Made by a program: the position numbers and the translations under genes. A stretch of DNA of 62,975 bases, filler included, from a bacterium (GTDB lineage Bacteria; JBBIVP01): NCBI GenBank assembly GCA_037439705.1. It is 16 parts of 16 records of this genome, joined end to end, with 100 filler letters (N's around TTAATTAATTAA, not from the genome) between each part and the next. Parts side by side here need not be neighbours in the genome. Positions count along the whole stretch, not along the records: positions 1 to 4,145 come from JBBIVP010000177.1; positions 4,246 to 8,379 come from JBBIVP010000178.1; positions 8,480 to 12,611 come from JBBIVP010000179.1; 13 more parts are not named here. The stretch is one strand, 5' to 3'. Positions 1 to 9,637 of the stretch are shown here, piece after piece. Below the pieces are notes generated by a model. That model had not been told where the DNA came from. It saw only the letters and a list, made by a program, of their open reading frames with translations, and made no database searches. Position 1 is the first letter of the stretch. Each line of letters opens with the position of its first letter.

Positions 1-1
1 T

Positions 2-208
2 CTCCCTTATTGTTCCCTCATCAAAAACATCCTGAACAAGTCCAAGGTCTTTATGAAAAGATATCTCCTTACCATTACTAACTGCTATACCAGCGCTTTC
101 CTGCCCTCTGTGCTGGAGCGCATGAAGAGCGAGATAGACTATGTTTGCTGCTTCAGGATGACCGAATACACCAACTATTCCACATCCAGATTTTAGACCT
201 TCTTCCAT
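2..208 (-). CDS. purF: amidophosphoribosyltransferase, N-terminal part (runs off the window)
   Basis: Manual translation [45 protein letters not shown] and [10 protein letters not shown] motifs. Confidence 0.93.
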   Translation of the reverse strand, partial: MEEGLKSGCGIVGVFGHPEAANIVYLALHALQHRGQESAGIAVSNGKEISFHKDLGLVQDVFDEGTIRE

Positions 209-215
209 TGGTTTT

Positions 216-244
216 ATTATGATAAATTTTAAAATTCTTTTCAA
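216..244 (-). promoter_or_regulatory. sigma70 promoter of purF (TTGAAA-17-CATAAT, 7 nt before ATG)
   Basis: Hexamers and spacing read directly; no SD before ATG. Confidence 0.65.
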
Positions 245-376
245 TAAAATCAAAAATATATAACTACCCGACCAGAATTACCAGAGGGGAAGTTGGAGTG
301 ATAAAACCGTCCAATTCACCGGAAAAAATAAAAATCCAGGCTCAGGATCCCGAGTGTTCCACTGCGCCTTTTTCCA

Positions 377-1318
377 TTATATATCCTTGATACATATCAG
401 TGGATATACAGCACCAAGAAGGTTTGCCTTTTCAAAGAGTTTGCTTTTCAAAACCTTCAGTCTCTTTCTCGGAAGTGGCTGAAGCCTTTTTACAAGTTCC
501 TCCTTTATTCCCGGGAGCAAAAACCCGAAAGCCCTTCCAATTCCACCTCCAATTATTACTCCCTCAATATTCAAAAGGTTACCCACGGTAGCAATTCCGA
601 TTCCAAGTTTTCTCCCTGCTTCTAAAAAAACCATTTTAGACCTCTCATCCCCTTTTTTCGCACGGTCAAAAAGTTCCCTGGGAAGGTCGTCTTTAAAAAT
701 CCGGTTAAACTCTTGTCCATATATTCTTTCAGCGATTCTTTTTAATCCATAAGAAGAAACATAGGATTCAACGCACCCTCTGCTTCCGCAGTTGCAGGGC
801 GGTCCATTTTCCTCAACGGTTATATGCCCGAATTCTCCGGCACTTCCGTCCACGCCCCGCCATATTTTCCCATCAATAACAATTCCACCTCCAACGCCTG
901 TCCCAAGGGTTATTCCTAAAAAACTTCTCATCCTTGAAGCACTTCCCATCCAGCCCTCCCCTATGGTAAAAGCATTCGCATCGTTATCCACATTTATCCT
1001 TTCCTTCAAATTTTTCTTCAGAATGGAAATCAACGGAAAATTTTTCCAGTGTGGAAAATTTGGAGAAACTGTAATTTTCCCATTATTAAAATCTATAAAT
1101 CCTGGAACACCTATTCCAATTCCTACGCATTTATTTTTTCCCATATTTTTTTTCACATAATTCACAATTTCAAAAATTTTTTTTACGCTTCCCTCCTGTG
1201 TCTTTTCTCCTTCATAAATAGGGACTGACTTTTTAAAGATAATTTTCCCATTTTCGGTTATTGCACCAAACTTTATATTTGTCCCTCCCACATCTATCCC
1301 AATGTAATAATTCTTCAT
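377..1318 (-). CDS. glk: ROK-family glucokinase
   Basis: GIDVGGT, NDANA, GTGVGGG, GEFGH, CNCGSRGCVE motifs. Confidence 0.9.
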   Translation of the reverse strand: MKNYYIGIDVGGTNIKFGAITENGKIIFKKSVPIYEGEKTQEGSVKKIFEIVNYVKKNMGKNKCVGIGIGVPGFIDFNNGKITVSPNFPHWKNFPLISILKKNLKERINVDNDANAFTIGEGWMGSASRMRSFLGITLGTGVGGGIVIDGKIWRGVDGSAGEFGHITVEENGPPCNCGSRGCVESYVSSYGLKRIAERIYGQEFNRIFKDDLPRELFDRAKKGDERSKMVFLEAGRKLGIGIATVGNLLNIEGVIIGGGIGRAFGFLLPGIKEELVKRLQPLPRKRLKVLKSKLFEKANLLGAVYPLICIKDI

Positions 1319-2319
1319 TCCTTCTTCACCTCAATGAGTTCTTCTGTGATTTTTCTCGCATTCCATCCATTTGCGCTGAAAACGGAAATAATTTTTTCCA
1401 TTATCCCGCCTTCTGCACCAATGAACCTGCACTCACATTCTACACCTTGCGAATTTATAGAAATCAAATTGAATGAAAACAGGGTTGGGAAATTTTGGAA
1501 GAGAAGTTTTTTAATTGAATCTATATCTTTCAACTGAAGCCATCCAGCTGTCCTTATTATGATTTTAACTATATTTCCTTTTTCTTCCCGGTTTTTTTCT
1601 ATTGCCTGAATTCCTCTAAGAAAAAACCTTTTTACGAAATCAGAAATTTCCACTGGAAAAGTATCGGAAGAAAACATATAAACTGGTTTTTCGTTTGTTT
1701 CGTTAAAAATTTCTTCACTTTCACTCCTTATTTCAAGACCTACAGAAATGAGGCACCAGGATATTTCCTCCATTTCCCTTTTCTCTCCTTTCAACTCTAT
1801 CTTCATCTGATAATCTTCAGGTTCCGGAGTTTCACGAAAGTAATCAGAAAATTCAGATTTAGAAATTCCCGTCAAAAAATTATGTAGTTCGTTCATATTT
1901 AAATTCTTGCATTCGTTTTGAGATTTGATAACCATAGAAACCTTTGGTAACGTCCATTTTTTACCTATAATCCCTTCTTTTATAAAGATATCTCTCAAAT
2001 ACCTTATGTCCACATCTGCTTTCACTTCAAGAATTACCTTTTTGTCCTCATATTTGGAAGAAATTATTTTATACCCGAGAAAATAATCTCCGGGGAATGG
2101 AAAAAGCTTCCTCAATTTTTCCGCATCAACTGGAGTTCCTCCTATTTCTTCCGCACATTTCATAAGAACATTGTGAAGAGCATTTTTGAGGGCTCCTGAA
2201 CTGGAATTTCCTTCACCCACTTCCACATAGGTTTTCTGCGTTATTTCTGAATGAAGATTATTTGAAAAAAGAAGAAATATCAGCAGTAAAATTCCTTTTC
2301 CACCACAAAATTTTTGCAC
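1315..2319 (-). CDS. exported hypothetical protein (N-terminus resembles FlgT-N/LPP20-like domain)
   Basis: Signal peptide; ALKNAL helix followed by YKII..EVKADVD strands; overlaps both neighbours. Confidence 0.6.
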   Translation of the reverse strand: MQKFCGGKGILLLIFLLFSNNLHSEITQKTYVEVGEGNSSSGALKNALHNVLMKCAEEIGGTPVDAEKLRKLFPFPGDYFLGYKIISSKYEDKKVILEVKADVDIRYLRDIFIKEGIIGKKWTLPKVSMVIKSQNECKNLNMNELHNFLTGISKSEFSDYFRETPEPEDYQMKIELKGEKREMEEISWCLISVGLEIRSESEEIFNETNEKPVYMFSSDTFPVEISDFVKRFFLRGIQAIEKNREEKGNIVKIIIRTAGWLQLKDIDSIKKLLFQNFPTLFSFNLISINSQGVECECRFIGAEGGIMEKIISVFSANGWNARKITEELIEVKKE

Positions 2320-3371
2320 AGCTTCTCCTTTATTCTCTTTCTTAATTCAGTCAATCCTTCTCCACGAATGGCTGATACAAATATGTATTCCTCCCTGTTT
2401 CTCATCTTCCAGCTCAGTTGAATTTTTTTCTCGTCCGTGAGCAAATCTGACTTGTTTAGAACAATGAGGCTCGGAATTTTTTCAGCACTAATTTCCATCA
2501 GAACATTATCTATAACCTCTAATTTTTCTCCCATTCGTGAGTCGGATGAGTCAACCACCTTGAGAATGAGAAAAGAATCTTTTATTTCTTCAAGAGTTAG
2601 TGCGAATGCCTTTATGAGAAAGGGAGGAAGGGTTTTTATAAAACCAACGGTATCCATAATTATAAATTCTCTACCCGTGGCAGAAAATTTAGCATCAAGT
2701 GTCAAAAATAATTTGTTCCCAGTATCCCTATTTTCTTTGGTCAGAGCGTTAAAAAGTGTGGTCTTTCCAGCATTCGTATATCCCACAAGACTCACAACAG
2801 GAATGGAACGCTTCTTTCTTGCCTCTCTATGAAGTTCCCTCGTTTTTCGGACCTCTTCAAGTTTTCTTTTTATTACCCTGATTCTTTCCCTTATCCTTCT
2901 TCTATCCGTCTCGAGTTTCTTCTCACCCGGTCCCCTTGTTCCTATTCCACCTCCCAATCTTGAAAGCTCAAACCCCTTCCCTCTGAGTCTCGGTAAAAGG
3001 TATACCAATTGAGCGAGTTCGACCTGAAGTTTAGTCATCTCGCTTTTTGCCCTTTGAGAAAATATGTCAAGAATAAGCCCTGCTCTATCAAGAACCTTCA
3101 CATTTAGATTTTCAGAGATAAAAGCGTATTGAAAGGGCTTTAAAAAGGTATCAAAAAGAACTACATCTATATCCTCTTTTATCATTGATTTCAACTCTTC
3201 AAATTTCCCTTTTCCCAGAAATGATGGAGAGCCCGGACTTCTTATATTCTGTCTTACAATCCCTCTTGTCTCACCGCCCGCAGAAGCAAAAAGAGCCTTA
3301 AATTCCTCCACCTCTTCGTCAACCTCTTCTAAAGGGATAACCAGTATTCCTTTCTCCCTCCTATCTTCCAC
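2280..3371 (-). CDS. hflX: GTPase HflX
   Basis: ILDIFSQRA, GGGIGTRGPGE, GYTNAGKT, DTVGF, NKSD. Confidence 0.96.
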   Translation of the reverse strand: MEDRREKGILVIPLEEVDEEVEEFKALFASAGGETRGIVRQNIRSPGSPSFLGKGKFEELKSMIKEDIDVVLFDTFLKPFQYAFISENLNVKVLDRAGLILDIFSQRAKSEMTKLQVELAQLVYLLPRLRGKGFELSRLGGGIGTRGPGEKKLETDRRRIRERIRVIKRKLEEVRKTRELHREARKKRSIPVVSLVGYTNAGKTTLFNALTKENRDTGNKLFLTLDAKFSATGREFIIMDTVGFIKTLPPFLIKAFALTLEEIKDSFLILKVVDSSDSRMGEKLEVIDNVLMEISAEKIPSLIVLNKSDLLTDEKKIQLSWKMRNREEYIFVSAIRGEGLTELRKRIKEKLCKNFVVEKEFYC

Positions 3372-3627
3372 TTTTCAAATAAATCACTCCGTGTTTGTAT
3401 ATTAAAAACTCACCATTGGGCGTTTCCATAAGAAATGAATAATTGTCATAAGCGGATATTACCCCTCTTATCCTCTTACCATCTGTGGTCACAACTTCCA
3501 CTTCCTTTCCCCTTTTTACGCATTCTTCAAAAAAAGAATTTTGAAGCCAGTTTTGAGGAGACTCTGCTTTCTTTTCCTGATTGATTTCTGACTTCATAAC
3601 ATCTTTAATTTTGTATTTCAAAGTCAT
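3361..3627 (-). CDS. hfq: RNA chaperone Hfq
   Basis: Sm fold Q..F...G..I.G.I..YDNY..L...LIYKH; directly upstream of hflX. Confidence 0.88.
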   Translation of the reverse strand: MTLKYKIKDVMKSEINQEKKAESPQNWLQNSFFEECVKRGKEVEVVTTDGKRIRGVISAYDNYSFLMETPNGEFLIYKHGVIYLKSGR

Positions 3628-4145
3628 CTTCCGTAGTAAATTATCTCAGCATTAAATTTTTCTTTCAATACTTCTTTAAAATTCTCATCGTAGGGAATTT
3701 TAAACCTCTCGGGCATCTCTATTATTGTTTCTCTTCCATCAGGAAGAGAAACAATAATAAATAATTTTAAATTACCCTTGAATTTTTCAAGAAAAGATAC
3801 GAACCTTCTACAATCTTCCTCTCCCAAACTTTCTGCATCAATTTTTATTACCGCCTTCTTATAAAAGTTTGATATAGCTTCGTTCAAAGTATATACCTCC
3901 TGCAAAATAAGTCTTGAATTTTCATCCATTGAAGGTTCAGATTTTACAACTACCACAATAGGCTCTCCGGGCACATACTTGCTCTTAAAAACCTCAAGCC
4001 TGTTCCTAAAAACTATTATCTCTGCGGTTCCATATAAATCTTCAAGGGTAAAAGTGGCGTATGAAACGGAATCACTTTTTTTTGGAGTTTTTATCTGAAA
4101 ATTTCCAACAATTCCGCAAAGCTTCCACCCTCTTTTTTCTTCGTC
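3624..4145 (-). CDS. dnaE: DNA polymerase III alpha subunit, C-terminal OB region (5' truncated by gap)
   Basis: Open frame from the gap: LCGIV...YATFTLEDLYGTAEIIVF. Confidence 0.8.
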   Translation of the reverse strand, partial: DEEKRGWKLCGIVGNFQIKTPKKSDSVSYATFTLEDLYGTAEIIVFRNRLEVFKSKYVPGEPIVVVVKSEPSMDENSRLILQEVYTLNEAISNFYKKAVIKIDAESLGEEDCRRFVSFLEKFKGNLKLFIIVSLPDGRETIIEMPERFKIPYDENFKEVLKEKFNAEIIYYGR

Positions 4146-4245
4146 NNNNNNNNNNNNNNNNNNNNNNNNNNNNNNNNNNNNNNNNNNNNTTAATTAATTA
4201 ANNNNNNNNNNNNNNNNNNNNNNNNNNNNNNNNNNNNNNNNNNNN
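4146..4245. other. artificial 100-nt contig spacer (N44-TTAATTAATTAA-N44); also at 8380, 12612, 16839, 21057, 25264, 29440, 33426, 37261, 41080, 44843, 48530, 52179, 55800, 59408
   Basis: Identical spacer with stops in all six frames; flanking genes truncated. Confidence 0.99.
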
Positions 4246-4356
4246 GGCCAAAATTCAAGCACGACAACAAAAACACAGGTCTATACACAGGAAATCCATA
4301 CCCACCACGGTAAAACAGGTAGAAGGTGCGAGAGTTTAAAGCGGATACGAAAACTT

Positions 4357-5706
4357 CTATTTCGGAACCACCTTCCAGAAATAATTCACAAAATCACCGC
4401 CCTCGTGAAGCCTCCTCAATGTGAGGGAAACATCCATTCCCACCTTTACTTCCCGAGGCTCTACATCTGTCATCTGTCCGTAAAATCTTCCACCCCCTTC
4501 AAGTTCAACCACTGCCATATCAAGGTGTTGAAGTGGATTTGGATTGTGGTATTCTCTTGTATATGTTTATATTTTTGCTTCTCTTGAGAGTGGAATAAGT
4601 TCAAAGTCCGTGGATTCGCACTTATAACAGAGATATCTCCATGGATACTGAATGGCAGAACATCTTTTACACCTCTGCGCTTTTAGTTTAACGCATTCTT
4701 CAATTTCACGATAATGAAGTGGAATTGGTGAAAAGGGTTTAACCTTCTCATATTTTATATCTCCTGTGATTTTGTAAAGGGTTGTCAGATCCTTTATCTC
4801 AAATCTCCTGTTTAGGCATTCACCTATCCCTTTTGTTATAAACCCCTGAAAGCTATCTCCTGTTTTGAGGAGGCATGCTGAAAAACCTCCGCCAGAACCA
4901 CAGAGAAGGATTAGTTTATTTTTTACATCCTCGGTCTCAATGGCATAAAGAAATTCAAGAAGTACATGAACCGAACCTGTCCATCCTGTAATGTTTAAAA
5001 GTTTGTGTGAATGAATCTGGGATTTTGAAAATCCCAATGTAGACCCTATTTCCAGACAGGTCCTCGTATCAGAAAAAGGAAAGAAGGCTCTCCATATTTC
5101 TTCTTTCTTCACTCCACTCTCTTTTATGAGTTCCTCCACACACTCTCTTATCGTTTCTCTTTTTAACTCTAATTCTGCTTTGCTTTCGGATGTCTTTATT
5201 TCCCCTTCCTCTTCGTCTTTCCATTCGGAGAGAGATTCGTATGAAATAGACCTGGAACCCAAAATTTCTACCACTGGCTCATTGTTGGAAAGAAGAAAGG
5301 CTATTGCTGAATCTCCTGATGAATAGAATTCAGGGGTATCAACCTGATACCTTCTCTTGTCTGAAAGGATAATAAGGGTAGAAAAGTTTTCCGCATGGTT
5401 TTTTGAAAAAAGGTCTATAACGGATTTTCCACCGCCCATCACATCAAATGCGGTACAACTCTTTTCCACATCAAAAACTGTTGCGAGAAATGACGCTGGT
5501 GAGCGGATGTGGAAGGGAGGGGTTGATGAAAGGAAATAAAGTTCTTTCAGGCCTTTCAGGTCTATTCTATACGCACTGGAAAAAGCCATTGTCAGACTAT
5601 CTTCATCGTAATTCCCTATCCTTCTTTCGCCCCTTACCCTTTTTAAAAGTGCCTCTGTAAAGCAGGTAGCAGGAATATAAACGGCTATTTTTTTTATTCC
5701 TCCCAT
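4357..5706 (-). pseudogene. HMG-CoA-synthase-like/DUF35 (Zn-ribbon + OB-fold) fusion interrupted by in-frame TAA at 4567-4569
   Basis: DEDSLTMA N-terminus; CKRC..CYKC; after TAA the frame continues TYTRE..MAVVELEGGGRFYGQMTD..NYFWKVVPK to TAG at 4357. Confidence 0.8.
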
Positions 5707-5711
5707 TGATT

Positions 5712-6878
5712 TTACTCCTTATTTATTTCAAAAGTATCTATCATTTTCCCACCAATATCTTTAGCAGTTATCACGAAAGAAGATGAATAAGAGTTCACAA
5801 CCACATAATTGTAGGTCTTTTTAAAAACTGCTGTCCATGGATTTTCAAGCCTTAACTCATAAAGAGGCGCTCCCCCTCCGCCTGTTATTACATAAACAAC
5901 ACCTGTTGGGTCCACAGTACCCTTCTTTATGGGATATGTCCTTTCGTAGTTATGTTCATGCCCGCTGAAAACCATTTTGAATCCATATCTTTCAAAAATT
6001 GGAACGAGCCTCTCCCTTATAATCAAAATCTCATTTTCCTTTCCCTCTTCTGCTAACTCTCCGTGTTCTGAAGAAGAATATGGTGGTCTGTGTATGACCC
6101 CTATTAAACTGCCATTTTTCACACCCGAGAGTTCATTTTCCAGCCAGAGAATTTGTTCTCCGGAAGATGAGAGGTCAGATTCTGAATTGAGTATAAAAAA
6201 GGTAACCCATCCAGTTGAAAACGAGTAATAAAAGGGAGAAAATTCAGCAGAAAGTGGTGGAAAATATGTAGTAAAAAAGTCTTCGCCTCCAGCTTCATGA
6301 TTTCCAAAGGCTATGTAAACAGGAGCTTCCTTCATCACTGGCATCATTGTATTCAAAAATTCCTCCCATCCAACCAGGACATTCATTCCTGAATAAAGCG
6401 TTCCTGTATCCACGCAGTCACCTGTATGGATAACAAAAAGGGGTTTTTCATAATATATGAGGGAAGCTATTTTTTTAAAAATTTCAAGATTTGTTCTGTT
6501 GTCACCAAAAACCACAAAAGTAAAACTTGCTCCTTCCGGAAATGTCCTGAAAGCATAAGTAAGGTCTGGAACTGAATTCTTAATTTTGTAAAAGTATGTG
6601 GTGTCAGGTTCAAGGTCAGCAATATCTATATAAAAGGTGGATATTTTTACATCCCCGTATCTCGTGATTCTTACCTCTCCTTTTTGGATTTTTGAAAGTT
6701 TGTTTGAATCTTTTCCATACCTTATCTCCGCCTTTTCTCCAGTCTCAACTTCAAACACAATACTGGCTGAGGTGGATGAGAGATTTCTCAAATATGGACC
6801 CTTGACAAGTTTGAGAGTATAAGTTTCTTCTTTACATGAGAAAAAAATAAAAAAGAGAAAGAATAACCTCTTCATCAA
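5712..6878 (-). CDS. purple-acid-phosphatase-type metallophosphoesterase lipoprotein
   Basis: Lipobox FSC, FN3-like N domain, GD/TGD/GNHE/HRP/GHEH motifs. Confidence 0.88.
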   Translation of the reverse strand: MMKRLFFLFFIFFSCKEETYTLKLVKGPYLRNLSSTSASIVFEVETGEKAEIRYGKDSNKLSKIQKGEVRITRYGDVKISTFYIDIADLEPDTTYFYKIKNSVPDLTYAFRTFPEGASFTFVVFGDNRTNLEIFKKIASLIYYEKPLFVIHTGDCVDTGTLYSGMNVLVGWEEFLNTMMPVMKEAPVYIAFGNHEAGGEDFFTTYFPPLSAEFSPFYYSFSTGWVTFFILNSESDLSSSGEQILWLENELSGVKNGSLIGVIHRPPYSSSEHGELAEEGKENEILIIRERLVPIFERYGFKMVFSGHEHNYERTYPIKKGTVDPTGVVYVITGGGGAPLYELRLENPWTAVFKKTYNYVVVNSYSSSFVITAKDIGGKMIDTFEINKE

Positions 6879-7153
6879 CCCCCTGCTATCGGTGAAACTA
6901 CGGATATTTCATCACCATCCTTGAGTTTTCTTTTCTTATCCTTTGAAAGGTCAATCCTTTCTCCATTTATTAAAACCGTGACAGGTCTTCTTTGAGAAAG
7001 GATGGCTTGAAAGAATCCCTTTTCCACCTCTTTCTCTTTTTCTATTTTGTTGAAAAGGTCAAGGAGGGAATTTCCTTCCGGGAGTTCGACCTCAAGAACT
7101 TTATTTACAGCCTTAACCCCTACAAAAGCAACTATGGAAAGTTTTATTTTCAC
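6875..7153 (-). CDS. MoaD/ThiS-family sulfur carrier
   Basis: Ubiquitin-like size, C-terminal PIAGG; follows AOR. Confidence 0.9.
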   Translation of the reverse strand: MKIKLSIVAFVGVKAVNKVLEVELPEGNSLLDLFNKIEKEKEVEKGFFQAILSQRRPVTVLINGERIDLSKDKKRKLKDGDEISVVSPIAGG

Positions 7154-8379
7154 TTCTTAACAAGAAAATCCATCACATAGGAAAGCCCGTGTCTTTCAAG
7201 GGTCTCCTTCTTTGGAAGACCTGTATCAAAATCCCAGCCATATTCTTCGTAAAATTCCCTCCCAAGTTTCTCTATGTTTACGCTGACACCAGCAGTTGGT
7301 CCTTTTGGAAGTGGCGGGATACCCAGGGCCCTCTTTGCTGGCAGAAAATCCTTTGGGGGATTGAGTCCTTCTCTAAGGTTAAAGCAATGCCTCATGGTTT
7401 CTATTCTTTCTCCTATTTTTAAGAAATCTTCTTCTTTCAGGTTCCATCCTGTAGAAGCATTTACCCATTCAAAAATTGGAATGTTCCCCCCTATTTGAAG
7501 CCCGAATATGCAGAACCCACATCCATTGGCAACCTGAATGTATTTACTGCATATAGCCATTGCTTTTCCTTTTTCTTCTTCAGAATACCACTTTGATTTG
7601 CTGGTAAGTGCTGCAAATTTTTTGAACTTTTTAAATTTCTTATAAACCTCCATAAGTTCTGCGTAGGTGTATGAAACAATTGTATGCCTTCCAGGAGTTG
7701 GCTCACAGTAATATCCTATTCCGTAGCCAGGGTCATACCTCGGGTCGTGCATTGGAATTTCCTGACCACCTGCATGGATTGCGAATTCTTCTGAATTCTT
7801 CTTGAGCTTTCTTGAAGCCACCTTTACACCATCTGCAAATATCTCCCCTATTCCTTCCCTCTTTATCATTTTTTCAAGAAACCTCAAAAGTACTTCTCCA
7901 TCTCCCCACTTCAATTCTATTCCGCCGGTATCTTCCTTTGTTATTATTCCCTTTTCATAACATTCCATTGCAAAGGCTATTGTGCTTCCTGTAGATATTG
8001 TATCCATTCCTGCTCTGTTGCACATATTGTTTGCTTCAAATATCGCAACAGGGTCGCTCACCAAAGTCATACTTCCCATAGCAGCAATAGTTTCATATTC
8101 CGGCTTGTGGCTTTCTTCAAGGATATAATCTCCAATTTTAACCTGAACAATCCCTCCGCAGGCAATTGGACAGCTGTAGCAGTTATACTTTTTGACCTCA
8201 TACTTTATTATATTGTCATCGCTTATCTTCATAGATTCACTTAAAGGAAAATCAAGATAACCAATTCCCTTCCAGTTCTTTACAGGAGCATCACCGCCTT
8301 CAACACAAAAGGCTAAAATTCCGCTCGTTCCGTATTTTTTGAGGACATTCCTCCATAAAAATCCTTCCTGCCTTGAATG
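7150..8379 (-). CDS. aldehyde:ferredoxin oxidoreductase (W-dependent AOR family), 5' truncated
   Basis: CYSCPIAC, PEYET, GMDTISTG, MHDPR; frame open to gap. Confidence 0.92.
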   Translation of the reverse strand, partial: HSRQEGFLWRNVLKKYGTSGILAFCVEGGDAPVKNWKGIGYLDFPLSESMKISDDNIIKYEVKKYNCYSCPIACGGIVQVKIGDYILEESHKPEYETIAAMGSMTLVSDPVAIFEANNMCNRAGMDTISTGSTIAFAMECYEKGIITKEDTGGIELKWGDGEVLLRFLEKMIKREGIGEIFADGVKVASRKLKKNSEEFAIHAGGQEIPMHDPRYDPGYGIGYYCEPTPGRHTIVSYTYAELMEVYKKFKKFKKFAALTSKSKWYSEEEKGKAMAICSKYIQVANGCGFCIFGLQIGGNIPIFEWVNASTGWNLKEEDFLKIGERIETMRHCFNLREGLNPPKDFLPAKRALGIPPLPKGPTAGVSVNIEKLGREFYEEYGWDFDTGLPKKETLERHGLSYVMDFLVKK

Positions 8380-8479
8380 NNNNNNNNNNNNNNNNNNNNN
8401 NNNNNNNNNNNNNNNNNNNNNNNTTAATTAATTAANNNNNNNNNNNNNNNNNNNNNNNNNNNNNNNNNNNNNNNNNNNN

Positions 8480-8530
8480 AAATTCAAAAATAAACCAATT
8501 GCCAAAAATATCCCCTCCTTTTTAAGAGAC
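8480..8530 (+). repeat. dispersed repeat B, 3' part
   Basis: Matches the reverse complement of 55681-55727 (aattcaaaaa.aaaccaattgccaaaaa..cctccttttt.agagac). Confidence 0.85.
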
Positions 8531-8550
8531 CATTATGCAAAATAAAAAAA

Positions 8551-8678
8551 TGGAAAATTTAAGATATGAGCGACATTAAGGAGTGAGAGGGAGAGACAAA
8601 ACAAATCCCTTGTTAAAAAAGCCCCTTAAATTTTCTCATTCAAACTCATAAAATGTCGCATATGTATATAACTTATAC
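8551..8678 (+). repeat. dispersed repeat A (~128 bp, MITE-like, imperfect terminal IRs), copy 1
   Basis: About 90% identical by eye to the reverse complement of 40894-41021 and to 33372-33422. Confidence 0.93.
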
Positions 8679-8725
8679 AAGGTCTTGAAATGAGAAAGAG
8701 ACTATGTTTAGAATTTAAACAACCG

Positions 8726-9637
8726 ATGAAAAAGGGAGACAGGAAACTCACCCGGGAGATTAAAAAAGCAACTTTATCCATGGGTGCTGATATGGTTGGA
8801 ATAGCATCAATTGACAGATTTGAAAATGCACCTTCTGAAACCCATCCGTCTACATACCTTCCCTCTGCTCGCGCAGTAATCTCTGTAGCAATAAAAATTC
8901 CACATGGAGTATGTGATGTGTGGGGAGATTATACTCAGGAAGGGAAAACCATTTCTCCATATCTGTTTTACGGATATGGACTTATAAACCTTGAAACCTC
9001 AAGAATTGTGAGAACTGTAGCGGTGAAACTTGAAAAAATGGGATACAGAACAAGAATTTTTCCTCCCACATGGATGATAAGTCAATACAGATTTTTTGAA
9101 AGGATAATAGAAACCGGAGAAATAATGGCTGATTTCTCACACAGACATACAGCAGTAGCAGCCGGACTTGGTGTATTCGGAGCAAACGGGCTTGTCCTAA
9201 CAAAAGAAAATGGCGTAAGGCAGAGGTTGAATTCCATCATTACCGATGCTCCACTTGTTCCCGACCCAATGTCTGAAATGGAAATCCCCTGCGGAAAGAA
9301 ATGCGATTATAAATGCATAAGAGTTTGTCCTGTAAATGCTTTTTCAGAGAAGGAAAATATGGAATGCAAAATAGGAGGAAGAAGTTTCAAATATGCAAGG
9401 ATAGAAAAATTGAGATGCTGTTACGGAATATTTGGACTTGTAAGGGGTTCTGGAGCACGAACAGATGTAGAGGTTCCGGAAAGGCAGATCATAGTTCTGG
9501 ATCTCTTTCAGGCAAGAGAGTCTCAATCTCCGTTTGAAAAACTGGTGTTTGAAACCTCACATGGAATTATTACCGGTGATTTCTGCGGGAAGTGCTTACA
9601 CCAGTGCCCCGCTCATTTATTTGAAAATCCCCTTTAG
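8726..9637 (+). CDS. QueG/reductive-dehalogenase-like 2x[4Fe-4S] protein
   Basis: GADMVGIA, FSHRHTAVAAGLG.FG, RQRLNSIITDAPL, CIRVCP and CGKCLHQCP. Confidence 0.8.
   Translation: MKKGDRKLTREIKKATLSMGADMVGIASIDRFENAPSETHPSTYLPSARAVISVAIKIPHGVCDVWGDYTQEGKTISPYLFYGYGLINLETSRIVRTVAVKLEKMGYRTRIFPPTWMISQYRFFERIIETGEIMADFSHRHTAVAAGLGVFGANGLVLTKENGVRQRLNSIITDAPLVPDPMSEMEIPCGKKCDYKCIRVCPVNAFSEKENMECKIGGRSFKYARIEKLRCCYGIFGLVRGSGARTDVEVPERQIIVLDLFQARESQSPFEKLVFETSHGIITGDFCGKCLHQCPAHLFENPL

Noticed and set aside
335-372. ggcgcagtggaacactcggga..gcctgga upstream of purF, superficially like a ZTP riboswitch or tRNA fragment
   Set aside because: Lacks the GACUGG/P1 stem and linker, has no T-loop, and lies upstream of the apparent purF promoter
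4190-4201. Recurrent TTAATTAATTAA palindrome at roughly regular spacing
   Set aside because: Artificial six-frame-stop linker inside N runs
4567-4569. Genome-wide TAA reassignment
   Set aside because: TAA correctly terminates conserved genes (lepA, ftsZ, rpmA, pth)
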